A DNA stretch of 64,000 nucleotides from Edaphobacter sp. (GCA_035317185.1 DATHHN010000048.1:27194-91193), one strand, 5' to 3'; positions 7,877 through 20,097 are shown, counted from the stretch's first letter. Notes: generated by a model from the letters alone, not told the origin. A program made the numbers and translations.

Positions 7877-10387
7877 ATGGGCGAGAGATGCGCGCGCTTT
7901 AACTCCAACAGAAAAATAACGAATCTGAACGCAACTTATTCGTGGCGAATCGTCGTGGCCATGTCGCTGGCTTGGCCGCTGATGTTTGCCTCGCTAACCG
8001 TTACGTCTGTCGCCGCACAAGAGCCTGCCCAAGCGAAGGTGATTTATCCGACCGATCGCACCGTGCTGCCGATTCCGGAGCCCCAGTATCCGCATAGCAC
8101 CGTATTCGATGCCCGGGATGCCACACCTCCGCCACGGTTTGAGGTGAAAGCACCGCCCACCGCGCCTAACGTTCTGATCGTGCTAATCGACGACATGGGC
8201 TTTGGCCAATCGAGCGCATTCGGCGGTCCGATCCACATGCCGACGGTGGAGGGCCTCGCTAACAACGGTCTCCGCTATAACGAGTTCCACACCACGGCAC
8301 TCTGCTCGCCGACCCGCTCGGCGCTGCTGACCGGGCGCAATCATCACATGAACAACTTCGGTTCGATTGCGGAGACCGCCACGGCCTTTCCCGGCCAAAC
8401 CGGCAAGCGTCCCAACAGTGTGGCAACCATCGCTGAGATGTTGCGGCTGAACGGATATAGCACTGCCCAATTCGGCAAGAATCACGAGACCGCGCCCTGG
8501 GAGGTCAGCCCTTCCGGCCCGACCGACCGCTGGCCGACCCGGCAGGGGTTCGACAAGTTTTACGGGTTCATGGGCGGCGAGACCAACCAGTGGGCGCCGT
8601 TGATTTACGACGGGATGACACAGGTTGAGCCGTCGCGCGACCCCAACTACAACTTCATGACCGACATGACCAACGAGGCCATCGCCTGGATGGGGTATCA
8701 GAAATCGCTGACGCCGGACAAACCGTTCTTTATCTACTTTGCGCCCGGCGCCACTCACGCGCCGCACCATGTACCCAAAGAGTGGATCGCCAAGTACAAG
8801 GGCCAGTTCGATCAGGGTTGGGACAAAGTACGAGAAGAGACACTCGCCCGCCAGATCAAACTGGGTGTCGTGCCGGAAGGCACAAAGCTTGCACCCAAGC
8901 CCGAGGCCATCAAGGATTGGGATACGCTGAGCCCGGATGAAAAGAAGCTCTTTGCCCGCCAGATGGAAGTGTTTGCTGGGTTCGGCGAGTACGCCGATAC
9001 CGAGGTCGGCCGTCTGATCAGAGCCATCGATGCGACGGGACAACTCGACAACACGCTGGTCTTCTACATTATCGGTGACAACGGCGCCAGTGCTGAAGGC
9101 GGCATGGTGGGCCTCTTCAACGAGATGACCTACTTCAACGGCGTACATGAAAGTGTTCCGGACATTCTGAAGCATTACGATGAACTCGGCGGCCCGTCGA
9201 CCTATCCACACTACGCTGCAGGCTGGGCGGTCGCAGGGGATTCGCCCTTCGAGTGGACGAAGCAGGTGGCCTCGAGCTATGGAGGAACGCGCAACGGGAT
9301 GGTCATCCACTGGCCGAAGGGATTCACTGCGAAAAACGAAGTACGATCACAGTGGCACCACGTCATCGATATTGCCCCAACAATCCTTGAAGCAACTGGC
9401 CTGCCTGAGCCGAAGAGCGTAAACGGAACGGTGCAGACACCGATCGAAGGAGTAAGCATGGTTTACACCTTCGCGGATGCCAAGGCTCCGAGTCGGCATA
9501 CCACGCAGTACTTTGAGATCTTCGGCAACCGCGCCATCTACCAGGACGGCTGGCTGGCCGGCACAGTCCATCGTGCTGCTTGGGAGTTCAAGCCCCGTAG
9601 GACGCTTCAGGAAGACGTATGGGAGTTATACGACGCCCGGAGTGATTTCAGTCTGGCGAATGACGTCGCCGCCAAGAATCCAGAGAAGCTTAAGGAGATG
9701 CAAGATCTGTTCCTGAAAGAAGCGGTGAAGTACTCTGTGCTGCCGCTCGATGACCGGACCCTTGAACGTGTCAACCCTGCTACGGCTGGACGACCGGATT
9801 TGATGGCGGGCCGCACATCATTGACGGTGTTTGAGGGGATGACCGGGATGTCGGAGAACGTCTTTATCAACATCAAGAACCGGTCTCACACGATCACCGC
9901 TGACGTGGAGATCCCCAAGAGCGGCGCTAATGGTGTGATCCTCGCGCAAGCGGGGCGCTTCGGTGGCTGGAGCTTCTATTTGAAGGATGGCAAGCCGACA
10001 TACACCTACAACTGGCTGGGCTTGAACCGATACACCGTAGCTGCCAAGCAGGCTTTGCCTGCAGGGAAAGCGACCATCCGCTTCGAGTTCGTCTATGACG
10101 GTGGGGGCGTGGGCAAGGGCGGCAAAGGCACGATCTACGTCAACGGCAAGGATGTTGCTACCGGTCGGATCGACCAAACTCAATGCTGCATCTTCTCGGC
10201 GGACGAGGGCGCCGACGTTGGCGCGGATGAGGGCACGGCCGTCAGCGAGGCCTATCAGGTGCCGTTCAGGTTCACGGGCAAGATCGACAAGGTTACGATC
10301 GACCTGAAAGAGACGACACCATCCGTTGCGGATGATGCGGACAAAGCCCACAAGGAGGCCGTCGTGAAGAAAGCGCTATCCGACTAA
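7877..10387 (+). CDS. Arylsulfatase (Cys-type, formylglycine-dependent)
   Basis: NVLIVLIDDMGFG, LCSPTRSALLTGR (CxPxR), GKNH, PHH, DNG and WHHVIDIAPT motifs; C-terminal beta-sandwich extension. Start uncertain (ATG 7877 or 7959). Confidence 0.95.
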   Translation: MGERCARFNSNRKITNLNATYSWRIVVAMSLAWPLMFASLTVTSVAAQEPAQAKVIYPTDRTVLPIPEPQYPHSTVFDARDATPPPRFEVKAPPTAPNVLIVLIDDMGFGQSSAFGGPIHMPTVEGLANNGLRYNEFHTTALCSPTRSALLTGRNHHMNNFGSIAETATAFPGQTGKRPNSVATIAEMLRLNGYSTAQFGKNHETAPWEVSPSGPTDRWPTRQGFDKFYGFMGGETNQWAPLIYDGMTQVEPSRDPNYNFMTDMTNEAIAWMGYQKSLTPDKPFFIYFAPGATHAPHHVPKEWIAKYKGQFDQGWDKVREETLARQIKLGVVPEGTKLAPKPEAIKDWDTLSPDEKKLFARQMEVFAGFGEYADTEVGRLIRAIDATGQLDNTLVFYIIGDNGASAEGGMVGLFNEMTYFNGVHESVPDILKHYDELGGPSTYPHYAAGWAVAGDSPFEWTKQVASSYGGTRNGMVIHWPKGFTAKNEVRSQWHHVIDIAPTILEATGLPEPKSVNGTVQTPIEGVSMVYTFADAKAPSRHTTQYFEIFGNRAIYQDGWLAGTVHRAAWEFKPRRTLQEDVWELYDARSDFSLANDVAAKNPEKLKEMQDLFLKEAVKYSVLPLDDRTLERVNPATAGRPDLMAGRTSLTVFEGMTGMSENVFINIKNRSHTITADVEIPKSGANGVILAQAGRFGGWSFYLKDGKPTYTYNWLGLNRYTVAAKQALPAGKATIRFEFVYDGGGVGKGGKGTIYVNGKDVATGRIDQTQCCIFSADEGADVGADEGTAVSEAYQVPFRFTGKIDKVTIDLKETTPSVADDADKAHKEAVVKKALSD

Positions 10388-10424
10388 ACCCTCGGATGGT
10401 GTTCTTCGCTGTGGTCAGAATGAC

Positions 10425-12128
<1,704 letters not shown>

Positions 12129-12348
12129 GGGTTTTCCTTTTGGCTGATGGGATTGAGGTTTCAGTATAGCGGGACGGGGCCGACCGCGGATAAGGGCGGA
12201 GGAAAACGGATAAGTGCAACTGCTTAACACCGATTTTCACCGATTGCAGCGATTGGTTTTTTTATCTAGTACAGGACAAGTAGTGTGTCGGGTTTTGCCT
12301 CTATCCGTTTGATCCGTGGTCGGGTTGTCGTGATGTAATGGTTGAGTT

Positions 12349-12594
12349 ATGGCGGATGATGGAGCGGAAAAGAATAAGGGTAAGGCGCTGGGCGAGTTGG
12401 TGAAAGCCGAGTCGATGATTCAGCTGGCGATTGCGCTGCCGGCGGGATGTGTGATCGGGTGGCTGATTGGGGCGTGGCTGGATAAGCACTTCCATCAGAA
12501 CTGGATGGGGATTGTGGGGATTCTGCTGGGTGCGGCGGCAGGTTTTATGCAGATATTTGTGACGGCTTCGCGGTATTTGAAGAGGGACCGTTGA
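12349..12594 (+). CDS. atpZ: AtpZ/AtpI-family two-TM protein
   Basis: GWLIGAWLDKHF..WMGIVGILLGAAAG pattern; first gene of the F0 block. Confidence 0.85.
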   Translation: MADDGAEKNKGKALGELVKAESMIQLAIALPAGCVIGWLIGAWLDKHFHQNWMGIVGILLGAAAGFMQIFVTASRYLKRDR

Positions 12595-12625
12595 TGCGGG
12601 TGTCGATGCGGACGGGGCAGAGCCG

Positions 12626-13036
12626 ATGAGAGCGATGGAGAGCTTCAGCGACGAAGATTTCAAGCGGACGATTATGCGGGCGTTGCGTCTGCTGGTGGTG
12701 GTGACGGTGGTGGTAGCTCCGCTGCTGTGGTGGAAGCTGGGCTGGCAGAGTGCGGTGCTGCTGTTGGTGGGAGCTGCGATTTCGGGGTCGGGGCTGTATG
12801 AGTGGCTGCGGTTGATGACTGCTGTGATGGTCCGGATGGACGGCGGGGCCAAGGCGCGGCCGATGGGGATGGTTTTGGTGGGATTCTTCCTGCGACTGGG
12901 GCTTACGGTTGTGCTGCTTTATGTTAGCCTTAAGGTACTGAACGGATCGGTCTATGCGCTGGCTGGAGGCCTTGCGCTGGGAGTGTTTGCACTCTCGGTG
13001 GAGGGATTGAGGCTGATGAAGGCGTGGACTGTCTAG
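12626..13036 (+). CDS. atpI: ATP synthase protein I-like membrane protein
   Basis: Four TM segments; located between atpZ and atpB. Confidence 0.75.
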   Translation: MRAMESFSDEDFKRTIMRALRLLVVVTVVVAPLLWWKLGWQSAVLLLVGAAISGSGLYEWLRLMTAVMVRMDGGAKARPMGMVLVGFFLRLGLTVVLLYVSLKVLNGSVYALAGGLALGVFALSVEGLRLMKAWTV

Positions 13037-13070
13037 ACCGGCGTTCGGGCCAGATTCGACTGAAATTTAT

Positions 13071-13802
13071 ATGCCGACACAGACTTTGTTGACCCAATTT
13101 TTGAATGCCCACTTTGCCGCGTCCGTGACGGCGCTGCTGCGGGCTGTGCATGTGCAGCCGAAGTATCCGCAGGCTCCGATTACGGATGCATTCGCTATGG
13201 AGCTTCTGGTATTTGCCGTGCTGATCGCTTACTTCGTTGTGGTGCGACTGACGCTGAATGTCGAGAAGCCGAACGGCGTGCAGCACCTGGCGGAGATGAC
13301 GAATGAGTTTGTGGCCGACCAGGGCGAGCAGATCATCGGGCATGGCTATGAGCGGTTTGTCAGCTACCTGACGGCGCTGTTCCTGTTCATCCTGCTGAGC
13401 AATCTGCTGGGACTGATTCCGGGGCTGGAGTCGCCAACGGCGAATGTTGTGGTGCCGCTGGGATTTGCGTTGGTCACGTTTATCTACTACCACTACCACG
13501 GTATTCGGGCGAATGGTCCGGCTTACATCAAGCAGTTCCTGGGGCCTGTGTGGTGGCTGTATCCGCTGCTTCTGCCGATCGAGATCATTTCGCACTGCGC
13601 GCGTGTGCTTTCGCTGACAGTTCGACTTTACGCGAATATGTTTGCGGGTGACCTGTTGACGCTGGCGTTCTTCTCGTTGATCCCGATTGGAGTGCCGCTG
13701 GTGTTCCTTGGGCTGCACCTTGGTGTGGCTGTGATTCAGGCTTATGTGTTTCTGCTGCTGGCGGCGATCTATCTGTCACTGGCTGTAGCGCACGACCATT
13801 AG
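13071..13802 (+). CDS. atpB: F0 ATP synthase subunit a
   Basis: FILLSNLLGLIP, PTAN, IEIISHCARVLSLTVRLYANMFAG, IQAYVF. Confidence 0.98.
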   Translation: MPTQTLLTQFLNAHFAASVTALLRAVHVQPKYPQAPITDAFAMELLVFAVLIAYFVVVRLTLNVEKPNGVQHLAEMTNEFVADQGEQIIGHGYERFVSYLTALFLFILLSNLLGLIPGLESPTANVVVPLGFALVTFIYYHYHGIRANGPAYIKQFLGPVWWLYPLLLPIEIISHCARVLSLTVRLYANMFAGDLLTLAFFSLIPIGVPLVFLGLHLGVAVIQAYVFLLLAAIYLSLAVAHDH

Positions 13803-13810
13803 AATTTGGG

Positions 13811-13870
13811 CTGGGGTAGGAAGGCATACCCCAGGGAGACCCAAAGCTAAAGCATTGGGCTACCTAGAAG
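13811..13870. repeat. REP-like palindromes in the atpB-atpE spacer
   Basis: CTGGGGTA-GGAAGGCA-TACCCCAG perfect 8-bp stem, then CCCAA-AGCTAAAGCA-TTGGG resembling the GGCTAAAGCC family. Confidence 0.55.
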
Positions 13871-14028
13871 CCAAAGCGCTGAGCAGATGAAGTTTTGTTG
13901 AGATCTTGAGTTTGCTGCGGAGGGGCTCCCTCTTCGCGGTAGCAACAACGCCGCATAGCGTGAGGGTGCCAGCACGGTGAGCATCAACCACCCACTGGCG
14001 GCGTATCTGACGGGAGACGGAGTATTAC

Positions 14029-14328
14029 ATGAAGAAGCTGCAATATCTGTTTATGTCGTTGGCCGCGCTGCTGCTCGCAACGCCGGCTTTTGCGCAGGGT
14101 GGCGAGGTTGCCAACCAGTGGGTTCCGTTGGCTGCCGGTTTGGGCATGGCCCTTGCGGCTGGTCTCTGCGGTCTGGGTCAGGGTAAGGCGACGGCCTCGG
14201 CAACCGAGGCTCTGGCGCGTAACCCGGGTGCACGTCCTGGAATCTTTATCTTCCTGATTCTCGGTCTTGCATTTATCGAGTCTCTCGCGCTGTTTACGTT
14301 CGTCATCATCTTCCTGAAGGTTAAGTAA
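14029..14328 (+). CDS. atpE: F0 ATP synthase subunit c with an N-terminal signal-peptide-like extension
   Basis: GLGMALAAGLCGLGQG, ALARNPGA, LAFIESLAL (carboxyl Glu). Confidence 0.97.
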   Translation: MKKLQYLFMSLAALLLATPAFAQGGEVANQWVPLAAGLGMALAAGLCGLGQGKATASATEALARNPGARPGIFIFLILGLAFIESLALFTFVIIFLKVK

Positions 14329-14348
14329 GCTCTCAGGTTATGGTGTGG

Positions 14349-14375
14349 AAGGCCTCCGCTTCGGCGGGGGCTTTT
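14349..14375 (+). terminator. Rho-independent terminator (possibly bidirectional)
   Basis: AAGGCCTCCGC-TTCG-GCGGGGGCTTTT between the convergent atpE and YciI genes. Confidence 0.85.
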
Positions 14376-14385
14376 CTGTTTGGAG

Positions 14386-14691
14386 TCAGAGAGTGCGGGA
14401 GGGTTGGGATCCGGCGAGGTGCATGGGACAGATTTGATAGGTGTTGAGTTTGGCGATAACGGTGGGGTCATTGGCGGCGAAGGTTTCGGCGGTCGCGAGA
14501 TCGGGCATGTCGAGGATGGCCATGCCGAAGGCACCTTCGGTGGAGAGCACAGGGCCGTAGGCGAGAACGGCGCCGGCGTCGTAGTGGGTACGGATGTAGA
14601 TGGCGTGCTGGGCCATGAGGGCGCGCTCTTGTTCGGTCATGTCAGCGGCAAAGGTGGGGCGCGGCGGGAGGAGCTTGAAGAAGAGATGCAT
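14386..14691 (-). CDS. YciI-family protein
   Basis: ERALMAQHAIY, AYGPV, GMAIL, FAANDP; ATG 14691 with SD AAGGAG. Confidence 0.85.
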   Translation of the reverse strand: MHLFFKLLPPRPTFAADMTEQERALMAQHAIYIRTHYDAGAVLAYGPVLSTEGAFGMAILDMPDLATAETFAANDPTVIAKLNTYQICPMHLAGSQPSRTL

Positions 14692-14763
14692 TAGTTCTCC
14701 TTGGATAGAGACACTATAACTTCCCCCGGTCTGACGGATAGGTGTATGAGCCTGCTGACAGTT

Positions 14764-14804
14764 AGCCATCCTGAACGAGAGAAGGCTGCTCGTTCAGGAT
14801 GGCT
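14764..14804. other. Perfect 16-bp inverted repeat just downstream of nuoN
   Basis: AGCCATCCTGAACGAG-N9-CTCGTTCAGGATGGCT; no clear U-tract. Confidence 0.7.
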
Positions 14805-14816
14805 CGGGTGTTGTGC

Positions 14817-16343
14817 TTAGTGGAGGTCGGAGTCTGGTTCGATGTGGCAGTCTTGTGGGTGGTTGGCGCACTGCTGGCGGGCCTGCTCGATGCGGGTGGT
14901 GCTGCTGGCGTATTGGGCCAGGCGGAGCGCGCCATCGGGGAGGATGCCGAGGATGAGGGTGGAGAGGGCGGCGAGTGCGAGTCCGATGCCGGCGGGGACG
15001 CTGACGGCGCGGCTGCTGATGTGGCTGCTCTCCGTGGCGGGGCGGCTGTAGATGGCGGATAGCAGGCGGAGATAGTAGAAGCAGGCTACGCCGCTGTTAA
15101 GCAGGCCGATGACAGCGAGCCAGACGTGGCCGGAGCTGATGGCGGCGGAGAAGACGTAGAACTTGCCGAAGAAGCCGCCGGTGAAGGGAATTCCGATGAG
15201 CGAGAGGAGGAAGAAGGCCATCAGGGCGGCGAGAATGGGTCGCTTGAGGGCGAGGCCGGTGTAGTCGGTGGTGGTGCGGGCGGTCTCGTCGTAGCCGGAG
15301 ACCTGGGTGATGACGGCGAAGGCGCCGACGTTCATGGCGGCGTAAGCAGCGGTGTAGAAGCAGGCAGCGGCGATGCCGTCGAGCGGGAAGGCGGTGAAGG
15401 CGACGAGGAGGTAACCGGCGTGGGCGATGCTGGAGTAGGCAAGCATGCGCTTGACGTCGCGCTGGAGCAGGGCACCGAGATTACCGACGGTCATCGAGAG
15501 GGCGGCCAAGCCCCACATGAGGATCGACCAGCGGTGCTGGTAGGTGGGGAAGGTGGTGAAGGTGATGCGGAGCAGGACGGCGAAGGCGGCCGCCTTGGGC
15601 GCGGTGGACATGAGTCCGACGACGGGTGCCGGGGCTCCCTGGTAGACGTCGGGCGTCCAGACGTGGAAGGGAGCGGCGGAAACCTTGAAGCCGAGGCCTA
15701 TGATGATGAGGGCGAGGGCGGTGAAGGCAAGGGCCGGGGTGGCGGTGGTTTCGAGGCCGTGGGCGATGGCGTAGATGTTGGTGGAACCGGTGGCTCCGAA
15801 GGCAAGCGCGATGCCGTAGAGGAAGAAGGCGGTAGCGAAGGAACCGAGGAGGAAGTACTTGAGGGAAGACTCGGAACCGGTGGCCTGGCCCTTGCGGAAG
15901 CCGGCCATGATGTAGGTGGAGATGGAGGAGATCTCGAGGCCGATGAAGACCATGAGGAGCTCGACCGAGCAGGTCATGAACATCATGCCGGTGGCACCAA
16001 AGAGAACGAGAGCGAAGTACTCGCCGGCGTGGGTGGCGTTGCCTTCGAAGTAGTCGAGCGACCCGAGGAGGGTGGCGAAGACGACGGCGGCGATGAGCAT
16101 GTGGAAGAACGCGGAGAAGGCGTCGGACTGGATGGTGTTGGAAAAGGCGTGGAGGGTGCCGAGCTGAAGCTGATAGTAGCTGGCGAGGCCGGCGACGGCG
16201 GTACCGGCGATGGCGATCCAGCCGAGGGGCTTGCGGGAGCTGCCGGGCTTGAGACAGGGCTCGGCCAGCATGATGAGAATACCGGTGAGGGTGAGGATGT
16301 ATTCGGGGAGGAGGGCGAGGATGTTGGGCGATAGGCCTGGCAT
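14817..16343 (-). CDS. nuoN: NADH-quinone oxidoreductase subunit N
   Basis: [59 protein letters not shown]. Confidence 0.97.
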   Translation of the reverse strand: MPGLSPNILALLPEYILTLTGILIMLAEPCLKPGSSRKPLGWIAIAGTAVAGLASYYQLQLGTLHAFSNTIQSDAFSAFFHMLIAAVVFATLLGSLDYFEGNATHAGEYFALVLFGATGMMFMTCSVELLMVFIGLEISSISTYIMAGFRKGQATGSESSLKYFLLGSFATAFFLYGIALAFGATGSTNIYAIAHGLETTATPALAFTALALIIIGLGFKVSAAPFHVWTPDVYQGAPAPVVGLMSTAPKAAAFAVLLRITFTTFPTYQHRWSILMWGLAALSMTVGNLGALLQRDVKRMLAYSSIAHAGYLLVAFTAFPLDGIAAACFYTAAYAAMNVGAFAVITQVSGYDETARTTTDYTGLALKRPILAALMAFFLLSLIGIPFTGGFFGKFYVFSAAISSGHVWLAVIGLLNSGVACFYYLRLLSAIYSRPATESSHISSRAVSVPAGIGLALAALSTLILGILPDGALRLAQYASSTTRIEQARQQCANHPQDCHIEPDSDLH

Positions 16344-17902
16344 TAGCGCTGACCTCCTTCTACGTTCGATATGGGTGCTGTTGAAGTTGTGGCCGCCGGT
16401 TCGAGCTGCGCCGGTTCTTGTGCCAGCCAGACGCCTGCGGTGTCGATGGCGCGGATCCAGTAGGGCGATCCGAGGCCCATGAGGAGGAAGAGGGCGACGA
16501 GGGGCCAGAGGGCGGCGTGTTCGCGGGCGTTGAGGTCAGGCGCGGTGACGGTGGAGGGCTTGAGGCCGAGGTCGCCATAGAAGACGCGTTGGATCATCCA
16601 GAGCATGTAGGAGGCCGTGAGGATGACGCCGGTGGTGGCGAGGACGGTCCAGCCGACGTGGTGGGTGATGGCCGATTGCATGGAGCCGGAGAGGACGAGG
16701 AACTCGCCGACGAAGCCGTTGAGCATGGGTAGCCCGATGACGGAGAGGGTGGTGATGACGAAGAGGGTCACCATCCAGGGGAGTTGCGCGGCGAGACCGC
16801 CGTACTCACGGATGTCGTAGGTGCCGTAGCGCTCGTAGAGGAAGCCGAGGAGGAGGAAGAGTGCTGCGCCGCCGAGGCCTTCGTTGAGGGTCTGGAAGAT
16901 ACCGCCGTCGAGGCCGGAGATGGTGAAGGAGAAGATGCCGAGGATGACGACGCTGACGTGGCCGAGGGTGGCGTAGGCGGCGAGACGCTTGAGGTCCTTC
17001 TGGACGAGGGCGAGGAGTGCGCCGTAGACGATGCCGATGGCTCCGAGGGCGATGAGCCAGGGGGCGATGTGGCGGGACTGCTCGGGGAAGATGCCGAAGG
17101 AGAAGCGCAGGATGGAGTAGAGGCCGAGTTTGCCGGCGAGGACCATGACGGCGGCGGTGGGGGCTTCGGCGACGGCGTCGGTGAGCCATCCGTGGAGCGG
17201 GAAGATAGGAACCTTGACGGCGAAGGCGGCGAGGAAGGCAAGCGAGGCCAGCCAGAGGGCGGCGGAGTTGGTCGAGATGCCGTGGGTGGCGGCTAGGGCC
17301 GAGAGGGTCGGGAGATCGAAGGTGCCGGTGCGGGCGTAGAGCCAGACCATCGCGACGAGCAGGATGGCCGAGGGGATGAAGGTGTAGAGGAAGTACTTGA
17401 TGGCGGCGCGGCGACGGTTTTCGGTGCGGCCGAAGGTGGCGATGAGCAGGACCATCGGGACGAGGGAGAGCTCCCAGAAGGCGTAGTAGAGGAAGAGGTC
17501 GAGCGAGACGAAGACGCCGTACATCGCGACCTGAAGGAGAAGGAAGAGGATGTAGAAGAGTCTTTTGCGGGTGTCGATGGCGCGCCAGGAGGCGAGGACG
17601 CCAAGAGGCGCAAGGAAGCCGGTGAGCACGACGAGCCACATAGAAAGGCCATCGACGCCGAGGTGGTAGCGAATGGCGGGGCTGGAGATCCAGGAGACGT
17701 TCTGCTCGAACTGGAAGGTTCCGGCGGCGGCTCCGGTGACGAAGTGGGCGGGCAGGTGCAGGGTGAGCAGGAAAGTGACTAGAGTGACGGCGAGCGCGCC
17801 CCACTGCATCAGCTTGCCGTTGTCCGGCAGGAGCGCCAGGAGGACCGCGCCCGCTAGGGGGAGGAAGGTGATGAGGGTCAGGATGGAGTGGTCGATATTC
17901 AT
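16343..17902 (-). CDS. nuoM: NADH-quinone oxidoreductase subunit M
   Basis: [41 protein letters not shown]. Confidence 0.97.
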   Translation of the reverse strand: MNIDHSILTLITFLPLAGAVLLALLPDNGKLMQWGALAVTLVTFLLTLHLPAHFVTGAAAGTFQFEQNVSWISSPAIRYHLGVDGLSMWLVVLTGFLAPLGVLASWRAIDTRKRLFYILFLLLQVAMYGVFVSLDLFLYYAFWELSLVPMVLLIATFGRTENRRRAAIKYFLYTFIPSAILLVAMVWLYARTGTFDLPTLSALAATHGISTNSAALWLASLAFLAAFAVKVPIFPLHGWLTDAVAEAPTAAVMVLAGKLGLYSILRFSFGIFPEQSRHIAPWLIALGAIGIVYGALLALVQKDLKRLAAYATLGHVSVVILGIFSFTISGLDGGIFQTLNEGLGGAALFLLLGFLYERYGTYDIREYGGLAAQLPWMVTLFVITTLSVIGLPMLNGFVGEFLVLSGSMQSAITHHVGWTVLATTGVILTASYMLWMIQRVFYGDLGLKPSTVTAPDLNAREHAALWPLVALFLLMGLGSPYWIRAIDTAGVWLAQEPAQLEPAATTSTAPISNVEGGQR

Positions 17903-17950
17903 TGAATTTTTGGGTGGTGCATGATGCGAAAAAACAAAGCAACGACAGAA

Positions 17951-18079
17951 GCAGATCCCTACGGGATGACAAACAAAAGAATAAGCAACGGCAAAGCAAA
18001 TACAGTGATCCTTCGCTACGCTCAGGATGACGACGTAAAACTAACAACAGCAAGAACAACTAACCACAGCAAGAACAAC
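17951..18079. repeat. Composite REP-like element in the nuoL-nuoM spacer
   Basis: GCAGATCCCTACGGGATGAC (17951-17970), GATCCTTCGCTACGCTCAGGATGAC (18007-18031), and ACAGCAAGAACAAC twice (18047, 18066). Confidence 0.75.
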
Positions 18080-18113
18080 AACAGCAAATTGCGACAAGTA
18101 CAACGATGGATGT

Positions 18114-20081
18114 TTAGTGCATCCAGAATGAACGGCCAAAGATCATGACGACAAGGACTGCTGCTGCGCCTAAGGCGAGCCAGCCTGCGTAGGAGCGGAT
18201 GTTTCCGGACTGGATGCGGCTGGTAAGAGCGCTGAGGCCTCTGGTGGTTGCGCCAGCGGCTTTCCCTGAGCCGTTGACGAGGACGCTGTCGATGAGGCCG
18301 CCGAGGAAGATGCGAGTGAACATGAGCAGCGGTGTGACGATGACGGCCGAGTAGATTTCGTCGACGTAGAACTTGTTTTCGACGAGGCGATAGAGGGCTG
18401 GAGCCTTCTTTGCGAAGGCCGTGGCTGTGCCCGGCTTCTTGTAATAAAAGACGTAGGCGATGAAGAAGCCGAAGGCAGCGACAAGGACCGAGATTGCGGC
18501 CAGTGCAAGTTCCAGGCCGTGGCTTGCGACATTGGTAGCTGTTTCAACGACACCTGCGTTGAAAACTGGCTGGAGGAAGTGTTCAGCTTTGTCTTTTCCT
18601 CCAAAGGCAATGGGAATGCCAACCCATCCGCCGATGACCGAGAGGATGGCCAGCACTACTAGTGGGAAGAGCATGATCCAGGGAGACTCGTGGACCCCGT
18701 GGGAGTGTGCGGTTTCATGATCGTGGGCATGCTCGTCGAAGTTCTCGGGGCCGAAGAAGGTTTTGAACCAGAGGCGGAACATGTAGAAGGCGGTCATACC
18801 AGCGGTGACGAGGCCGACGAGCCAAAGGAGCTTGCCCAGTGGATTAGGCGAGACGAAGGCGCGGAAGAGGATCTCGTCCTTGGAGAAGAAACCGGCCAGC
18901 GGCGGGATGCCCGCGATGGCGAAGACGCCCATCGTCATGGTCCAGAAGGTGACGGGGATGCGCTTGCGGAGACCGCCCATCTTGCGCATGTCCTGCTCGC
19001 CGGAGAGCGCGTGGATGACTGAGCCGGCGGCGAGAAAGAGCAGCGCCTTGAAGAAGGCGTGAGTCATCAGGTGGAAGATGCCGGCTTCATAGGCTCCGAC
19101 TCCGCAGGCCAGGAACATGTAGCCGAGCTGGGAGACGGTGGAGTAGGCCAGAACGCGCTTGATGTCGTGCTGAACGAGGCCGATGCAGGCGGCAAAGATG
19201 GCCGTGGCGGCGCCGATGATGGCGACTACGCCGAGAGCGTAGGGTGAGCGGTCGAACAGAGTGTGGCAACGCGCGACCATGTAGATGCCAGCCGTGACCA
19301 TCGTTGCCGCGTGAATGAGGGCGGAGACGGGGGTGGGGCCTTCCATGGCGTCGGGGAGCCAGACGTAGAGAGGGATCTGCGCGGATTTGCCGGCTGCACC
19401 GACGACGAGCAGGAGTGCGATGGCGGTGAGGATGCCGCCATGCCAATCGGGGTTGGCGGCGATGCTCGAGAAGACGTGCGAGAAGCTAAGCGAACCGAAG
19501 TTGGCGACGATGAGGAACATGGCGAGCAGGAAGCCGAAGTCGCCGATACGGTTGACGATGAAGGCTTTCTTACCGGCGTTGGCGGCGGAGTCCTTCTTGA
19601 AGTAGAAGCCGATGAGGAGGTAAGAGGCGAGGCCGACGCCCTCCCAGCCGACGAAGAGCAGAAGGAAGCTCTCGGCGAGGACCAGGATGGACATGAAGAA
19701 CATGAAGAGGTTGAGGTAGGCGAAGAAGCGCCAGTAGCCTTCTTCGTGTGCCATGTATCCGGCGGAGTAAAGGTGGATGAGGAAGCCGACGCCGGTGACC
19801 ACGCCGAGCATGATGAGGGTGAGATGGTCGACGGTGAGGGCGAAGTCGATCTGGAGGCCGGTGATGGAGATCCAGGGGCTTCCGATGATGCTCATGCCTT
19901 CGGGTGCGCCCGAGGCTTTGATTGTGATCCAGAGCCATACCGAGAGGATGACGGGGATGGCGGTGCAGATGAGAGCAACGGCGGTGACGAGGGCGCGCGG
20001 GAACTTGCGGCCAAGGATTCCGTTGATAAGGAAGCCGGCGAAAGGAAGCAGCGGAATTAGCCAGAGATAAGAAGCGGGCAT
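18114..20081 (-). CDS. nuoL: NADH-quinone oxidoreductase subunit L
   Basis: GWEGVGLASYLLIGF, KAFIVNRIGD, GKSAQIPLYVWLPDAMEGPTPVSALIHAATMV. Confidence 0.98.
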   Translation of the reverse strand: MPASYLWLIPLLPFAGFLINGILGRKFPRALVTAVALICTAIPVILSVWLWITIKASGAPEGMSIIGSPWISITGLQIDFALTVDHLTLIMLGVVTGVGFLIHLYSAGYMAHEEGYWRFFAYLNLFMFFMSILVLAESFLLLFVGWEGVGLASYLLIGFYFKKDSAANAGKKAFIVNRIGDFGFLLAMFLIVANFGSLSFSHVFSSIAANPDWHGGILTAIALLLVVGAAGKSAQIPLYVWLPDAMEGPTPVSALIHAATMVTAGIYMVARCHTLFDRSPYALGVVAIIGAATAIFAACIGLVQHDIKRVLAYSTVSQLGYMFLACGVGAYEAGIFHLMTHAFFKALLFLAAGSVIHALSGEQDMRKMGGLRKRIPVTFWTMTMGVFAIAGIPPLAGFFSKDEILFRAFVSPNPLGKLLWLVGLVTAGMTAFYMFRLWFKTFFGPENFDEHAHDHETAHSHGVHESPWIMLFPLVVLAILSVIGGWVGIPIAFGGKDKAEHFLQPVFNAGVVETATNVASHGLELALAAISVLVAAFGFFIAYVFYYKKPGTATAFAKKAPALYRLVENKFYVDEIYSAVIVTPLLMFTRIFLGGLIDSVLVNGSGKAAGATTRGLSALTSRIQSGNIRSYAGWLALGAAAVLVVMIFGRSFWMH

Positions 20082-20097
20082 CAATATTTCTCGAATC

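Noticed and set aside
17935-18100. Short repeats as a possible CRISPR array
   Set aside because: Repeats are 14 bp or non-identical, there are no regular unique spacers, and no cas genes are present.
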